Made by a program: the position numbers and the translations under genes. Shown piece after piece: positions 48,825 to 61,332 of a stretch of 64,000 bases of DNA. The stretch spans positions 1 through 64,000 of the forward strand of contig MEDX01000006.1 in NCBI GenBank assembly GCA_001724245.1, given 5' to 3'. Below the pieces are notes generated by a model, which did no database searches, was not told the origin of the DNA, and saw nothing but the letters and a program-made list of their open reading frames with translations. The stretch's first letter is position 1. Each line of letters opens with the position of its first letter. The stretch is from Fonticula-like sp. SCN 57-25. Lineage: Eukaryota.

Positions 48825-51727
48825 TCAGTTGGCTGACTCCTCCGCCTTGTTGGAGCCCCACTTTGTCTTGTGCTGCTCGTGGCCAAAGCCCTCGTCGTAG
48901 TTGCCCTTGAGCGCAAAGAGCTGCTTAAAGTGGGGCTTGCAAAAGTAGGTGCCGCGAATGGCGGCGTAGCTGCCGAGAGATAACGTGCGGTTGCACTCGT
49001 GGCAGCGGAGGCACGTCTTGTGGAAGACCTTGCCGTCCGCGCGCAGCTCGTCCATAGGATAGACGGCCTTGTTACATACCTCGCACGACGGCGACGCAGC
49101 GGCGCCGTACTTGCGGGCGGCCACGGGGGCCTTGGTCTCGGCAGCGGCGACCGCGGCGGCGACCGGCTTGCTGGCGACCTCGGGCTTCACGGCAGCGACC
49201 GTCGGCTTGGCGGCGGTGACCGCGGGCTTGGCCGCCGTAACAGCGGGCTTCTCGGCCTTTTCGGGCTTCTCGGCGACCTTTTCAGCGGGCTTCTCCGCCT
49301 TGGGCTCGGTGTGCACCACGGCATCAACAACCTTCTGCTCCTCAATCTCTGCCTTGATATCGGTGTGCTCGTGCTTAATCTCGTGCTGCGGCGGCGGCCA
49401 CACCTTGCCAGCAATGCCGACGGGCTTGGCCACGGGCTCCTCCTTCTTGGGCTCCTCCTTCTTGACCTCCTCCTTCTTGACCTCCTCCTTCTTGGGCTCC
49501 TCCTTCTTGGGCTCCTCCTTCTTCACGACAACCTCCTCCTTCTTGGCGGGAGCCGTCGACGTCGGCACAAAGCTCTTGATGGCGGCCGTGACGATAACTT
49601 CAGGCTTGGCGTCGGCGTGATCGCCGTCCTCCTTGCCCCACTGCGTCTTGTGCTGCTGGCGGCCAAAGCCCTCGTCATAGTTGCCCTTGAGCTTGAACAG
49701 CTGCTTAAAGTGCGGCTTGCAGTAGTACTGGCCGCCGAGCGCGGCAAACTTGCCGAGCGACAGGACGCCCTTGCATTCGGCGCAGCGGAAGCACGCCTTG
49801 TGGAAGACAATGTCCTCGACCTTGATCGAATCGAGCATGTAGGCGGCCTTGTTGCACACCTTGCACAGAGGGTTGGAAGGCGCGGGCTGAAAAATGCAGT
49901 GGGTTAGAAAATCGCAAACAGAAAGTAACCAAGACAAAAGCGCACCACGCGAGAGAACGCAGCGACGCGCTTGGCCGTGATCGACTCCTCAGCCGCGGCG
50001 GGCGCAGCGGCGGCAGGGGCGGCGGCGGCGTCCTCGACAACGCTCGTGGGGCGCGCGGCAGTGGACGACTTGAGGCGGCCACGCACAGAGGCAAACTCGC
50101 TCGCCTCCTCGGCCTCCTTGGCAGCGTGATCCGCCTTGGCCTTGACCTCGGCCTTGCGCTCCTCCTCGCGCTTGCGCTGAGCCTCCTCGGCCTCCCTGGC
50201 CTTGGCCTCGGCCGCGGCCCTCTCCTCGGCCTTCTTCTGGGCATCCTCGGCCTTCTTGTGCTCGTCCGACTCCTTCTTGGCCTTCACCTCAGCCTCAAGG
50301 CGCTCCTCGGCCTTCTTCTTGGCCTCGGCCTCCTTCTTGGCCTTCTCCTCGGCCTCCTTTGCCTTTGCCTCGGCCTCCTTCTTGGCCATCGCCTCGGCGG
50401 CCTTTGCCTTGGAGCGCTCAAGGGCGGACTCCTTCTCCTTGTCGGCCAGGGCGGCGGCGGTCGCGGCGGACGCCTCAGCCTCCTTCACCGATGCATCAAT
50501 CGCGTGCTGCTTCTCAACAGTGGCGTAGTCGGCAGCGTCAGTAGCCTGGGCCTTGGCGATCTCGACGGCATCATCGATGGCGTGCTGCTTCTCGGCATCG
50601 GCGTAGGCGGCGGCGTCAGTCGACTCGGCCTCGGCATAAGAAAGCTTCTGCTGAGTCTGCTCGTCCTTCTCGGCGACGGCGAGCGAGGCGGCACGAGCGG
50701 CCTGGAACTCGGCAACCTCAACAGCCTCGTCAATAGCATGCTGCTTCTCGGCATCGGCGTAAGCAGCGGCGTCGGCAGCCTGGGCCTCAGCGTTATCAAT
50801 CTTCTCCTGAATCTGCTCGTCCTTCTCGGCGACGGCAAGGGAGGCGGCACGGGCGGCCTGGAACTCGGCGACCTCAACAGCCTCGTCAATAGCATGCTGC
50901 TTCTCAGCATCGGCGTAAGCAGCGGCGTCGGCAGCCTGAGCCTCAGCGTTGTCAATCTTCTCCTGAATCTGCTCGTCCTTCTCGGCGACGGCAAGGGAGG
51001 CGGCGCGGGCGGCCTGGAACTCGGCAGCCTCAACAGCCTCGTCAATGGCGTGCTGCTTCTCAGCATCGGCATAGGCAGCGGCGTCGGCAGCCTGTGCCTC
51101 AGCGTTGTCAATCCTCTCCTGAATCTTCTCGTCCTTGTCATTGACAAAGTACGACGCAGCGCGGGCGGCCTGGAACTCAGCCTCTTCGATGGCATGCTCC
51201 ACGATCTCCCTGCGAATCTCCTCCTCGGCCTCCACCAGCTCGTAGTCGTCCTCAATCAAGTGCGCCTCGATGGCGGCCTCAACCTCGGCCTCCACGGCCT
51301 CCTCGATCTCGCGGTCGTGCTCGGCATCGAGATTCTCGTGCAGCTCAAAGGTCTCCTCCTCGTTGGTCTCGGCGACCTTCTCAAGCGAGTCGGCCTCGAC
51401 AATATCGTCGGTCGACTCCTCGACCTCGATTTCGTCGTCGTCGCCCTCGAGCTGCTTCTCGATCGCCTCGCCGATCGCCTCGCCGACGACGCCCTCGACG
51501 GTCTTGATGATCTCTTCAGAGATCTCGACGCGCGACGAGTCGGCCTTGGGTGCCTCGAAGGGATCAGCATCCTCGTCGGCGAAAAGCTCGTCAAACTTGG
51601 CAGACGACTTTTGCTTGGCCTGCATCTTCTTGGTCTTGGGCGCCTCGGCGACGACCGGGCTGCTCATGACCTCCTCTGCAGCAGCAGCGACGTCGGCAAT
51701 CAAAGCGTCGTCCTCGTGTTGCGACAT
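48825..51727 (-). CDS. Two-LIM-domain (EPLIN/LIMD2/XIRP2-type) protein with long acidic, repetitive helical N-terminus
   Basis: Two LIM domains, each followed by [20 protein letters not shown]; KVWPPP motif between them. One intron (about 49888-49944, GTGCGC..CAG) joins the 607-aa and 370-aa ORFs in frame. Confidence 0.88.
50520..51200 (-). repeat. 156-nt (52-aa, 2 x 26-aa) coding tandem repeat, about 4 copies
   Basis: Identical DNA words recur 156 nt apart (for example TCCTGAATCTGCTCGTCC at 50805 and 50961). Unit: [52 protein letters not shown]. Confidence 0.92.
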
Positions 51728-52029
51728 TCAAACAGATACGGCAAATACGCAGCGCTCTCTCTGAATTACGAAAAAGGTGCAAAAATTACGGGGGAGCCTC
51801 GAGAGAAGGTCGTCTGTCCTCTTTCCTCTCCGCAGCAAAGGCCACCTGCGTAGCTGTCAACACACGAAAAAATGAGAAATTACAATGGTCTTGATTGGCT
51901 CGACGCGTTAAAACTTTGCGTGTTATTGGTGGATACCGCACAAGGTAATTTCTCTGTGAATCGCGGTTCAATTGCAAGAGAAGTGATTGACGCAGTGACT
52001 GCTTCGTTTGACCGGCCCAACCCGCCGCC

Positions 52030-52487
52030 ATGATCCTGAGCATCTACATTATTAACAAGGCAGGAGGCCTAATATTTCAAAGCGACTTTGCCAAAATGAC
52101 GGGGAAGCGGTCAGCGAACGACTACCTTGTCCTTGCCGGCACTTTTCACGGGTTCGGCTCTCTCTTGCGTTCTGTTTTTGTCGATGTTCACCGGCGCCCC
52201 TGCTTGTTAGCGTCCATGCGATTACAGCAAAGATCTCGCCCGAGGTTGGTTCGGGCGGCATAGAAGTCCTCGAAGCGGACACCTTTACGCTCAACTGCTT
52301 CCAAACGCTGACCGGGACAAAGTTCCTTGTCATCACGACGACGAATCATCCCCACGTAGACTCGTTTATCCGCCGCCTGTACGAGCTGTACGCCGACTAC
52401 GTCCTAAAGAACCCGTTCTACACACCCGAGATGCCCATCCGCTGCAGCCTCTTTGACGCCAACCTCTCAAAGATCGTCAAGACGTGA
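52030..52487 (+). CDS. TRAPPC4: TRAPP subunit TRAPPC4/Trs23 (sybindin)
   Basis: SIYIINKAGGLIF, NDYLVLAGTFHG|VHAI, CFQTLTGTKFL, YELYADYVLKNPFYTPEMPIRCSLFD. One intron. Confidence 0.95.
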
Positions 52488-52639
52488 GGTTCTTTCTCTC
52501 TGGCGCCCCGCTATCCTCTTAACTTTCCGTGTATATTTAATGTAACATTATTGTGCTTACCTTCAACTATCCTGTACATATAGTACGCCGCCCAAATTGC
52601 GAAATCTAGACGACGAATTCTTGACCCGCAAAGAGAGTG

Positions 52640-55600
52640 TCACGTCGTAAAGCGCAGGCTTGAAGACCGCGACGGCCCCCTTTCGCTGACAGCGCCCGAC
52701 GCGGACGGCGTGAGCGCCCCGCCGCTCCCCTTGATGAGCTGCGCCTTGCGAAAGTCGAGCTTGATCGTCGGCGCCGGGGCGGACGTCATCTCTGGCGAGT
52801 GCATCGCGCTCTGCTGGTGACTGGCGCTCGCCTGCGCAAGGCTGTCGCTTTCGAGCGTCTGCTGCTGCTTGACCACCTCACACAGGTACTGCGCACCATC
52901 CGAGGTTAATCAGTGCCACATCAAGGCGTGCATGCGTACCTCGATAATGTCCCTGTCGTTGGGCGCCACGTCAAAGGTCGACCAGAACGCCTTGGCGCGC
53001 TCCACCATTGGCGGCGGATACTCAAACGACTCCCTTTCAGGCGCGCTCGTCGTGGGCGACTGCGGCCCTCTCTTGAGCGACGACGAGGACGACGTCCGGC
53101 GCGGGTCGTCCGCCGTCCCCATCGTCGTTGTCCGCGTCTGGTAATTCGGCGAGTCAAATTGCAGCGCCTGCTGCTCGAGGACGTCCCGCCGCGACAATCC
53201 AGACGGCTCGCGTGACAGCATGGCGCTGTGCGGGGGCGACGACGCGGGCGCCTGCACCTCGGGGGTGAGCGGCTGGCTGATGGCGCGGTCGCGCGACGAC
53301 GATAGCAGTAGATGACTGCTTAGGGACGCCGGCGGCGGCGCCCGCGTTTGACTCGGGACCGCGGCGGGCGGCGGCGTCGGCTCGACGGCGCCCACACAGC
53401 ACAGGTGATAGTAGAGGTACGCGCGGTGGCCCAGCTCAAGGAGGATCCGGTGGATGTGCGCCTGAAGGCCCTGGTCAGCCTGCCACACGCGTCAGCACAC
53501 ATGAAAAAAGCGTAAAAGCTCCTCAGAACGAACCTCCATCTTGGAAAACATTGCGTCAAGGTAGTGGCCGTGCGCGTACGGCGGCGCCATGAGTGTATCC
53601 GCCTCAACGTCCCAGAGCGACACGTACGGCTATCAAAGGCGGGTTAGCACGGCCATAAAGAAAAAGAAGCAGCGCACCTCAACGACCCGGGGCACTCGGT
53701 GGCGTTTGCTTAGACCGACGAGCTTGACCTTTGATAGCTCGTGGAGCGTCATGGACGACGTGCGCCACGGGATAATCTAGGCAAGGGGCGTCAGCAAAGG
53801 CGGGAATGAGAATGGCGGCGCACAGTGCTGATCTGGGTGTGCCCGGGAACAAACATGGACAGCGCCATCACGTACGAGCGCACAATCCTGCAAAACGGCA
53901 GCATCAGCAATGCAGATAATAAGTAAAAAAAGGCGCACATTTCGCTTTCACTCGACCCATAAATGACTACCGTGCGGCCCTTTAGCAGCGAGTACACCAG
54001 CGGCTTGATGAACGACGAATGGCGGCGGCGGAGATCGGCGATCCCGCAGCCCATTTTGTGATCCAGCGACCGATGGCCCACTCGCTGGCTCGCTCTGTGG
54101 TCGCAAAACTGCCAAACGTGGTTCGAGTAGCTGGTGCGCAAAAGGGTTAGATCAACTCGAGCGGGAAAAGTGTTAATACCTTTGAATTGGCATCGGCTTA
54201 TTGATCGTAAACCTTAAATTCTAGAAAGACAACACAAAAGTAATAAGCATTCACGCCCCCTTTCATTAAAAAACGGACCTGAATGTGCCGCGAATAGTCG
54301 ACGTGTTCAAAGGACTGCTTAAAAGCAAAGCTCCCTGTCCTCGACGGCGCATTCGAGCCGTACGGGTCCTCTGCCGCTCGTCCGTGAGCACTCTACAAAG
54401 GAAAGTAAAGCGCGTACCATCCCAGACATAATTCGAATACGGGTGCCGCTCCGGGTCCTCGAGCGCGTCCTCATACGACGACAGCGACGAGTAGTCACTC
54501 TCCTTGGCCGACGTGAACGACCCAATTGGCGACCCCCCATCAGCATACTCATCCGGTGGCCGCTGCAAGACATTGGAATAATTGCGTAAGCAAGGCGGTC
54601 CAATCAACCAATCAAAGAGGACGAACCGAAGGGAAAAGCACATTTCGCGAGAACGTAAACTCGATTGGCGACGCGTGTCCACGATCAACAGGTACATTGC
54701 TACAGCGCACCTAAGTCACACATACATATGGCGAGTGTACGTACCGGTACTGCGGGTCTATAAAATTGTTCACTATCGTCCGCCCTATCGTCAGCAGCCC
54801 CGGCGCCGGCGCTACACACAACATCAGCCACACCCAAAGCACACACGCGCGCGCGTACTCATCATCGCCGCCTCTTCCTTCTCCGCCTGGATGACCATTG
54901 TCGGCCTCCTGAATGTCATGAGGATACGGTGCAGCTTGTTGACCGCCTGCCGGTACCCGTGGCCGCAGAGCAGCTCGATGGAGCGCAGCCGCGTGTCAAA
55001 GCGGCTGGCCCGCTGCAGGTAGTGGAGGAAGCGCGGCGGCGTTGGTGGCGGCGTAGAGTCCTTGGCGGCCTGCAGAGCTTGCTGGTCCTCAAGCGAGATG
55101 CTGCTGCGGCCCGCAGGATTGGCTGCAATTTCACAGTTAGGTGAAAAAGATGTATGCAGTGAGCGCGTACAGGTGCCGAGCGCGCTGGCGCTCTCCGTCA
55201 GCTCCAGCGGCGAGCTCGAAGACGACCCGAGCGCGCCGCTGCCGCCAAGGAACGACGCTGAGGACGCCATACGGCGCGAGGGAACACGCTGCCGGTACCG
55301 CGCGCGCTCCTGCTTTAGGCGTTCCGCAACACTCCGCTATCAGTCGGGTCAGCGGCGCAAAAACACGCAAAGAATGGCGCGCACAATCATCACTTCCGTC
55401 TCGCGGATGAACGTGTCGATATTCGACGCGTCAATCTTTTGGTCGCCCTCCTCTGTCTCCTCCTTCAAGACCCACACCGTCAGCAGTAGTTAAAAAACGC
55501 ACACGCATCGTACCTCGGCAGGGATGCTAGCCTGAACTTGCGGGTCTTCCGACATGAGGATCGACTTTGTCAAGGTCAGGTCCGCCAGCCGCCGCTCAAG

Positions 55601-56397
55601 GTCTTGCAAAAACGCTTGGTGATTCTCGTACTTTAGGTAGAGCGTCGCGCGCGAAAACTCAGTCAAAAGATCCTCAAAAAGAGACATGATTTTGTGCGGC
55701 TCGCTCGTGATGTAGCTGAGGCAAAGGGGGCGAACGTAGCCGCGCGCCTGAATGTCGCTCAGCGTGCAGTAGTGGACCTTTACAGCCGCCAGTTAAGTAA
55801 ATACATAAAGAGCACAGGGCAACAGCGCGCGTACATAGGCATAGAGCGGCGGCGCCTTGTCGCTTCCCGCGCCCCGGCCGCTGGCGGGCTCCCCTGCGCC
55901 CTTGGTAGCGTTCTCAGTCAGAAAAACCTGCGAATCTTCCGGGATCTGAAAGTAGTCCGGCCTACGCGATTGTCAACTGTGAGCAAACGGGCAGGGGATG
56001 GGGCGTGCTGGTTGCTCGTACGTGTGTTTGATCTGGTAGTCCACCGTCATGATGCGCAGCACAAAGGCATTGGTGTCGAATGGGGGATCCAGCAGCGCCG
56101 ACTCTGGCAGGGAGAAAAGGGGAATTGGACCCTCATGCTCGGAAAACTCTGATACCAGAATAAAGTCGTCGCGCGCGGGCGTGCGCTTGGCCGACGACGA
56201 GGAGGCACCGGTGGGTGACGAGGCGGTCACAGGGCCGGAAAACCGATCCTCGGCGAGCTGCAGAGTAAAGGCAAACGGAAGAAAAGTCGCGTCAGACAAA
56301 AAGAGAATGAAAGAACACTAAATTAACACAAAAATGAAAAAGGATCACGCACGAAGCCAGACGCCTCCGGCTCGCCAGGGCCTACGCCGGGATCCAT
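52640..56397 (-). CDS. SMCR8: SMCR8 (folliculin-like DENN protein, partner of C9orf72); many short exons
   Basis: RDDFILVSEFSEHEGPIPL..FDTNAFVLRIMTVDYQ and HYCTLSDIQARGYVRPLCLSYITSEPHKIMSLFEDLLTEFSRA..LERRLADL match the SMCR8 longin/uDENN region as recalled. Internal exon boundaries are approximate. Confidence 0.85.
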
Positions 56398-56600
56398 TGG
56401 CGCTCACCACCGGCCGACGGTAGTTTGCAGTTTGCACTGTTATGGGTTCTGATCTGTTTCTGATAATTATGGCCTCAATTATGGTATGAATCACATTCTA
56501 CAAGCAAAATAGCAAATAAAACTATGTACAGCGCGTGCAAAACAGCAATAAAACACATACAAGTATATGCTGTCCGCACAACACAAAAGGCTAGGGCGAA

Positions 56601-59600
56601 TTACGAGTACGGATGGGCCTTTGAGATCTCGCCGAGGTAGGAGAGGACGTCGTCGTGCGAAAAGCCGACGAGTTCCTGCAGCGGCTGCGAGTAGCAGCGC
56701 ATAGCGAGGTCACCGAAATGCCTCACGCGGTCCATCAGCTCGTTCTGCACATGATGCCACACGACCTGAAACAGGCCCTCTTCCTGCGAAAAGTGCTTGG
56801 CAATCCCCTTGTACGCCAGCTCGAGCGTCTTTTTAAGCTACACGACGCACAGGCGCGCGTGAGTAAAAACAAAGACAAAGTCTTTTCAAATCGTACGTCT
56901 TTGCCTGCATTCTGGCCAACCGCCTTGCTCAGCGCCTGCTTATTGAACGCGAGCTGGAACGCCACTTCCTCGTCCTTTTTGGACACGAGCAGCCTGTCTA
57001 CCCCCTCAAAGAACTCTCCGAGCTTGCCCGCCGCACCCTTGGCCGACCACTGCACGTAGGCAGCAAGGTACTGGTCGTACAGCAGGCGCGCGTCCTTGAT
57101 AAAGGGCTCCAGACACGCCACCTTGAGGCCATGCAGGCTGCTGAACAGGTGGTGGCAATTTTCTGCAACCATAATGTTTGCGTTCCGCAGCTCCTTCTCG
57201 TCCAAGCCTGCCTTGTCCCACGTGGGCGTAGACACGGTCGGCGTCGGGGCGGTGCCCTTCATGTAGAGCGGCAGCGCGCGCAGGAGCGCCGCAGTGATGG
57301 TTGTGTACGCGTTCTCCACCAGCTCGCGCGCCTCGCTGTGCCCCTCGCTGCCGAGGAAGCTCTCCAGGCGATGCACCAGATGCTACCAGCGCCATAAGTG
57401 TCAGCCAAAACAAAAACAGGCAGCGAGCCGTACGGGAAACGTCTTGAAGGACGCCCACACGCCGCTGCGCTTCCTGAGCCCGCCGACGCGCGCTTCGGTG
57501 ATACTCGTCGTCTCGAGATGAACAAACCGCTCGAACGGCGGGATACACTTTGCCTTGACGAGCTGGTTCATCGTGGCACCCAGGAACGACGACGGCGAGC
57601 ATAGCGCGTGGCGGCCCAGTTCGTCCACGCACACGGAGAAGGCGACCGCAAGCCTGCACGGGACGGGTAAGAATGCGGCAACGCTACCAAAAAAGAGCAC
57701 TAAAACGCACGTTGGGTCCAGCTTGATGCTGCCGTCCATCAGCGCGCTCAGCTCCACAATCAGCGCCTCAAACAGGCTGCCCATCAGGGCCATCAAGTGG
57801 CCATTGATCTGCGTGCCGCCGGCTTCCGTGTCCTCGTGGTGGAAAAAGTCCACCAGAAGGCGGCGCTCACTCTCGGCGATGGGCAAAAGAGACTCAATCA
57901 GCGCACGAAAGGCCGCCGGCGCGGGTGGGAGGCGCTCTAGCGAGGAGGCAGACGCGCCAGTTCGATACATTACGTCAAAATCTATCGAGGAATTAGGAGA
58001 GTGAGAGCACAAATCAATACGCACCGCTGTCGGCCTTGGTGATGGCGCGCCGCTTGGCAATGGCAGATAGGGTTGTCGTCATCTGAGTCGCAAAGCCTAT
58101 ATTTGACCATTAGCGCCATTGCACGTAGCCAAACGCCCACGCACTGTATTCCGTCGTATCTTCCGACGTTCTCGAGAGCCTCGCAAAGTTCAGAATATCA
58201 ACCAGTTCCTTGACCTGTCGCTTGTAAATGCGGCTCATCTGCTTCACATAAAGCTACACAAAGCCATGAGTTTGCATGCACAAAAAACAGAATCGTATTG
58301 CTATCGAAATAGAGCACAGCACAAAACGCAACAACAGAGGATATAAAGCGTACATCTTGAATAGCCACGAGCATCTGTGGGTCCATTGCTTTCATCCACT
58401 CGGTGAGACTAGACATTGGCAACAGTCGATTATGGACCGTCACATCGTGCATGGTAACCTTGATCTTTTTAATCAGCGAATGGGTCGACGACGCGCCGAC
58501 AAACGTCATTGGGTCGCCGCCCTCGGCTAAGCCGCCCCCGCTCTCCTTGAGCACGCCCAGGCAGCTGTCCACCAGCATTTCTATCGTCGCCTCCAAGTGG
58601 TTCCGCAGGCGCACGCTAAAGAGGCGCCGGTACTCTCGGAACTCGTTCAGGCGCTCGGACACGGCCAGCATGTCCTCGAGCCCTTCCATGTCGGCCGAGA
58701 GCGCCTCCTGGAGCGCCTTGGCCGCCGTCGTCAGCTGCGCCAGCGAGCTGGGCGAGTTGAACGACAGCGTTGTTGACGTGAGACTCACAATATACTCGGG
58801 CGCCAGCGTCAACGCATTCTACCCGGTGGTCGGTCAGGCGTCGCAAGCAAGAATAGAATGCATACCAGCACACGCGTCAATTCCGCCATAAGCAGTCGCT
58901 GATTCGCCGCCTGACGCCGCATGTCAACGTGCTTGGACTCTATAGTTCCCATATCCACCGCGAGCGCCTACACGAACCGTGAGCCCAGTTCCAACCATCG
59001 TCAGTCTGCGCACCTGAAGCCGGTCCTGCATCGAGTGCAGAATGCCGTCCAGGGAGTCGAGGTGCCGCAGCGTCGCATCTGTCCCGTCCAGGGTGGCGTG
59101 AAGTTGCTGGTCCGACTGGACGAGCGCATACACATTCGCCTAGCAGAGGGTGTGAGCAGCCGACGGGCACGGGAAATAGCAAAGTACCGATTCGAGGCCG
59201 ATGAGCTCGGCGATGAGCCGCCTCTCCAGCGCAGCCGCGTCTGTGGCCTCCCAATCAACCTCTTGGAATGGCTTGGTGATCTCTGCCGAGAGGGCGCCGG
59301 TGCCGGTCTGGCCAGCCGCCATGGTCGATGCCGCGTCCTCGGCAAATGTCAGGTGCTGGTACCGATCTACAGGCAGCGCAATGAGCGACGCAGAGAGACA
59401 AGGCGCGGCGCACCTTCAAGCCGCGTCAAGTCTACCATTCTCACTTGCGGGGTCACATGCAACAAATTCCGTGACATGGATATAAGGGCCCAGAGGAACG
59501 CATCGCGCCGGGTGATCGAGTCGGTCGAGAAACGATGCGCATAGCGGTCGATGAGCAGGGTAAAGTAGTACCGCTTCTCGCGGCCACTGTCGCCGTCAAT

Positions 59601-59880
59601 GCGGGAAAGATCCTCCATCTTCCACACTTTATGGAGCTTGTAGCCTCCATGGAGTAGGATCTTGATTGTGACGATCCTCGGCTTGCCGTCACGCACTACA
59701 GTCGCTGAGCAAAAACAAGCGGTGATGAGGCTGCGTACACGCAATGCCGACGAGGCGGAGCTTTGTAGTACGCCGGGCCCGCTTCACAAGGTGCTCCATC
59801 ACCTTGACAACCACGGGGAGCGTCTCATTTGGCCCTAGGACTTGCTGCGCGATCGTCGCGCGCACCGCCGGCTCGTCCAT
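56601..59880 (-). CDS. SEC3: Exocyst subunit SEC3/EXOC1
   Basis: N-terminal PH-like region (KVWKMEDLSRIDG), AAALERRLIAELIGLESANV, IMVAENCHHLF, LGEFFEGVDRL..EEVAFQLAFNKQ, C-terminal FSHDDVLSYLGEISKAH. TAA at 56601-56603. Confidence 0.9.
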
Positions 59881-60067
59881 CTCTGCCGCCTGTCTGCCGC
59901 CCTGGCTCCGTCAACTGGTTTGCAGTTTGCACCACACTTTTGCAGTTTGCATCGATTTCGATTGTTCGATTGTGCATGCATTGTTTGCACTTGCATACGA
60001 ATATTCAAAGCTTTGTTGTTTTTGACAGCCGTTTCGCCATTTTCGCAGCAATTCCGTGCGTCACGCC

Positions 60068-61237
60068 ATGGCACCGTGGGAGCGCTGGAGGGTGGCTGGA
60101 TATATAGCCAGCCATGTGTTCCAGGCATCGCAGATCGCATGCACCGTGCTTGCGGTCTACTATACAATGCAGGGGCCCGCGGGCGCCTTTTACGGCGGCA
60201 CGCCGCTCTACTTTGAGCTTGCAAGCAGTGCCGCCCCCACACTTGCAATGCCAGCGCAGCCTTGGCTTGACAATGCAACATGCGCAATCGTGCGTACCGA
60301 CGCGCCGCCAGCGGACGCGAACGCGTACTGCGCTGCTGCCGCCGATTCGTGCCTCGCCGGGATCTGCAACACGACGATGGCGGCCGGTGCTTCCTGGTCG
60401 GGCATATGGCAGGCCGAGAGTGCGCCATTGTTCTTGGCAAGCAATTTGCAGGGGACGTGTCGGATGCCGGCAGAGGGTCTGGACGGCTATGCTGCGCTGC
60501 TGACGATGAGCGCCCTTCCGGCGATCCTTTATGTCTACATCGGCCTGAGCGGGGCGGCATTTCTGCTCAGCGCGGTTTTCCGCAGGCGGCAAAAGGACGA
60601 CGGCAGCCGCTCAATGTTTTTATTTACCGTCGCGCTCATGATATCGGCCATGTCGTACACGCTGCTTGCGATGTGCCTGGCGGTCACCCTGCAGGCCGGG
60701 TGCGTCGAGTGCATGCGGCTCGCTGCGTGCCCGCCGGGCAGCCCGCTGACGTGCAACGCTGCGCTTCCGATGCCACTCGCGGTGGTCAGTCTTGCGCTGA
60801 CGGTCGTCGTTTCAGTGCACTGGCTCCTGTTCATGGTGTACGTGTACGAGATGGGCGGCTGCGGCGGCCGGGGCGTCCGCAGCAGCAACGCGTGCGCGCG
60901 GCGCAGTGCAGGCTGCTCGATATGTCTTTTGCTTCCGTGCACCGCAGTCGTGCTTCTTGGAAGTCCGTTTATGTTTTCGCTTTTGCTATCGACTCCCGAC
61001 AAGGCGGTCGTTTTCTTTGGCGTCATCGAAGAGCAAGCCTGGACGTCGCTCATGCTGGCCATTACACTGACAGGCACCATTTCGCAATCCCTAATCTTTT
61101 TCATTCCCATTTTCGCGCAGTTCATGTGCTGCTGCAGGTGTGCGCGGAGGCGGCAGGCGCGTGTGGGTGTGGAAAAGGGGTCGGGGTCCAAGATCGAGCT
61201 CGGATCGACAGACAATATCGAGGTCAATTCAAAGTAG
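60068..61237 (+). CDS. Orphan Cys-rich multi-pass membrane protein (about 6 TM, intronless)
   Basis: 389-aa ATG-initiated ORF with about six hydrophobic segments, a Cys-rich loop after TM1 and a CCC cluster after the last TM. Confidence 0.7.
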   Translation: MAPWERWRVAGYIASHVFQASQIACTVLAVYYTMQGPAGAFYGGTPLYFELASSAAPTLAMPAQPWLDNATCAIVRTDAPPADANAYCAAAADSCLAGICNTTMAAGASWSGIWQAESAPLFLASNLQGTCRMPAEGLDGYAALLTMSALPAILYVYIGLSGAAFLLSAVFRRRQKDDGSRSMFLFTVALMISAMSYTLLAMCLAVTLQAGCVECMRLAACPPGSPLTCNAALPMPLAVVSLALTVVVSVHWLLFMVYVYEMGGCGGRGVRSSNACARRSAGCSICLLLPCTAVVLLGSPFMFSLLLSTPDKAVVFFGVIEEQAWTSLMLAITLTGTISQSLIFFIPIFAQFMCCCRCARRRQARVGVEKGSGSKIELGSTDNIEVNSK

Positions 61238-61332
61238 CGCGGCTGCTATCCAAATATTCATATATCCATATGTATACAGTACAAATATAAACACGAGCAA
61301 AAAGGCCCTCAAAAATGCAACAAAACCAATGC

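Noticed and set aside
50126-51853. 575-aa Leu/Gly-rich ORF, and similar long antisense ORFs opposite SMC4, the permease and UTP13
   Set aside because: Shadow frames caused by GC-rich codon usage of the real genes on the opposite strand.
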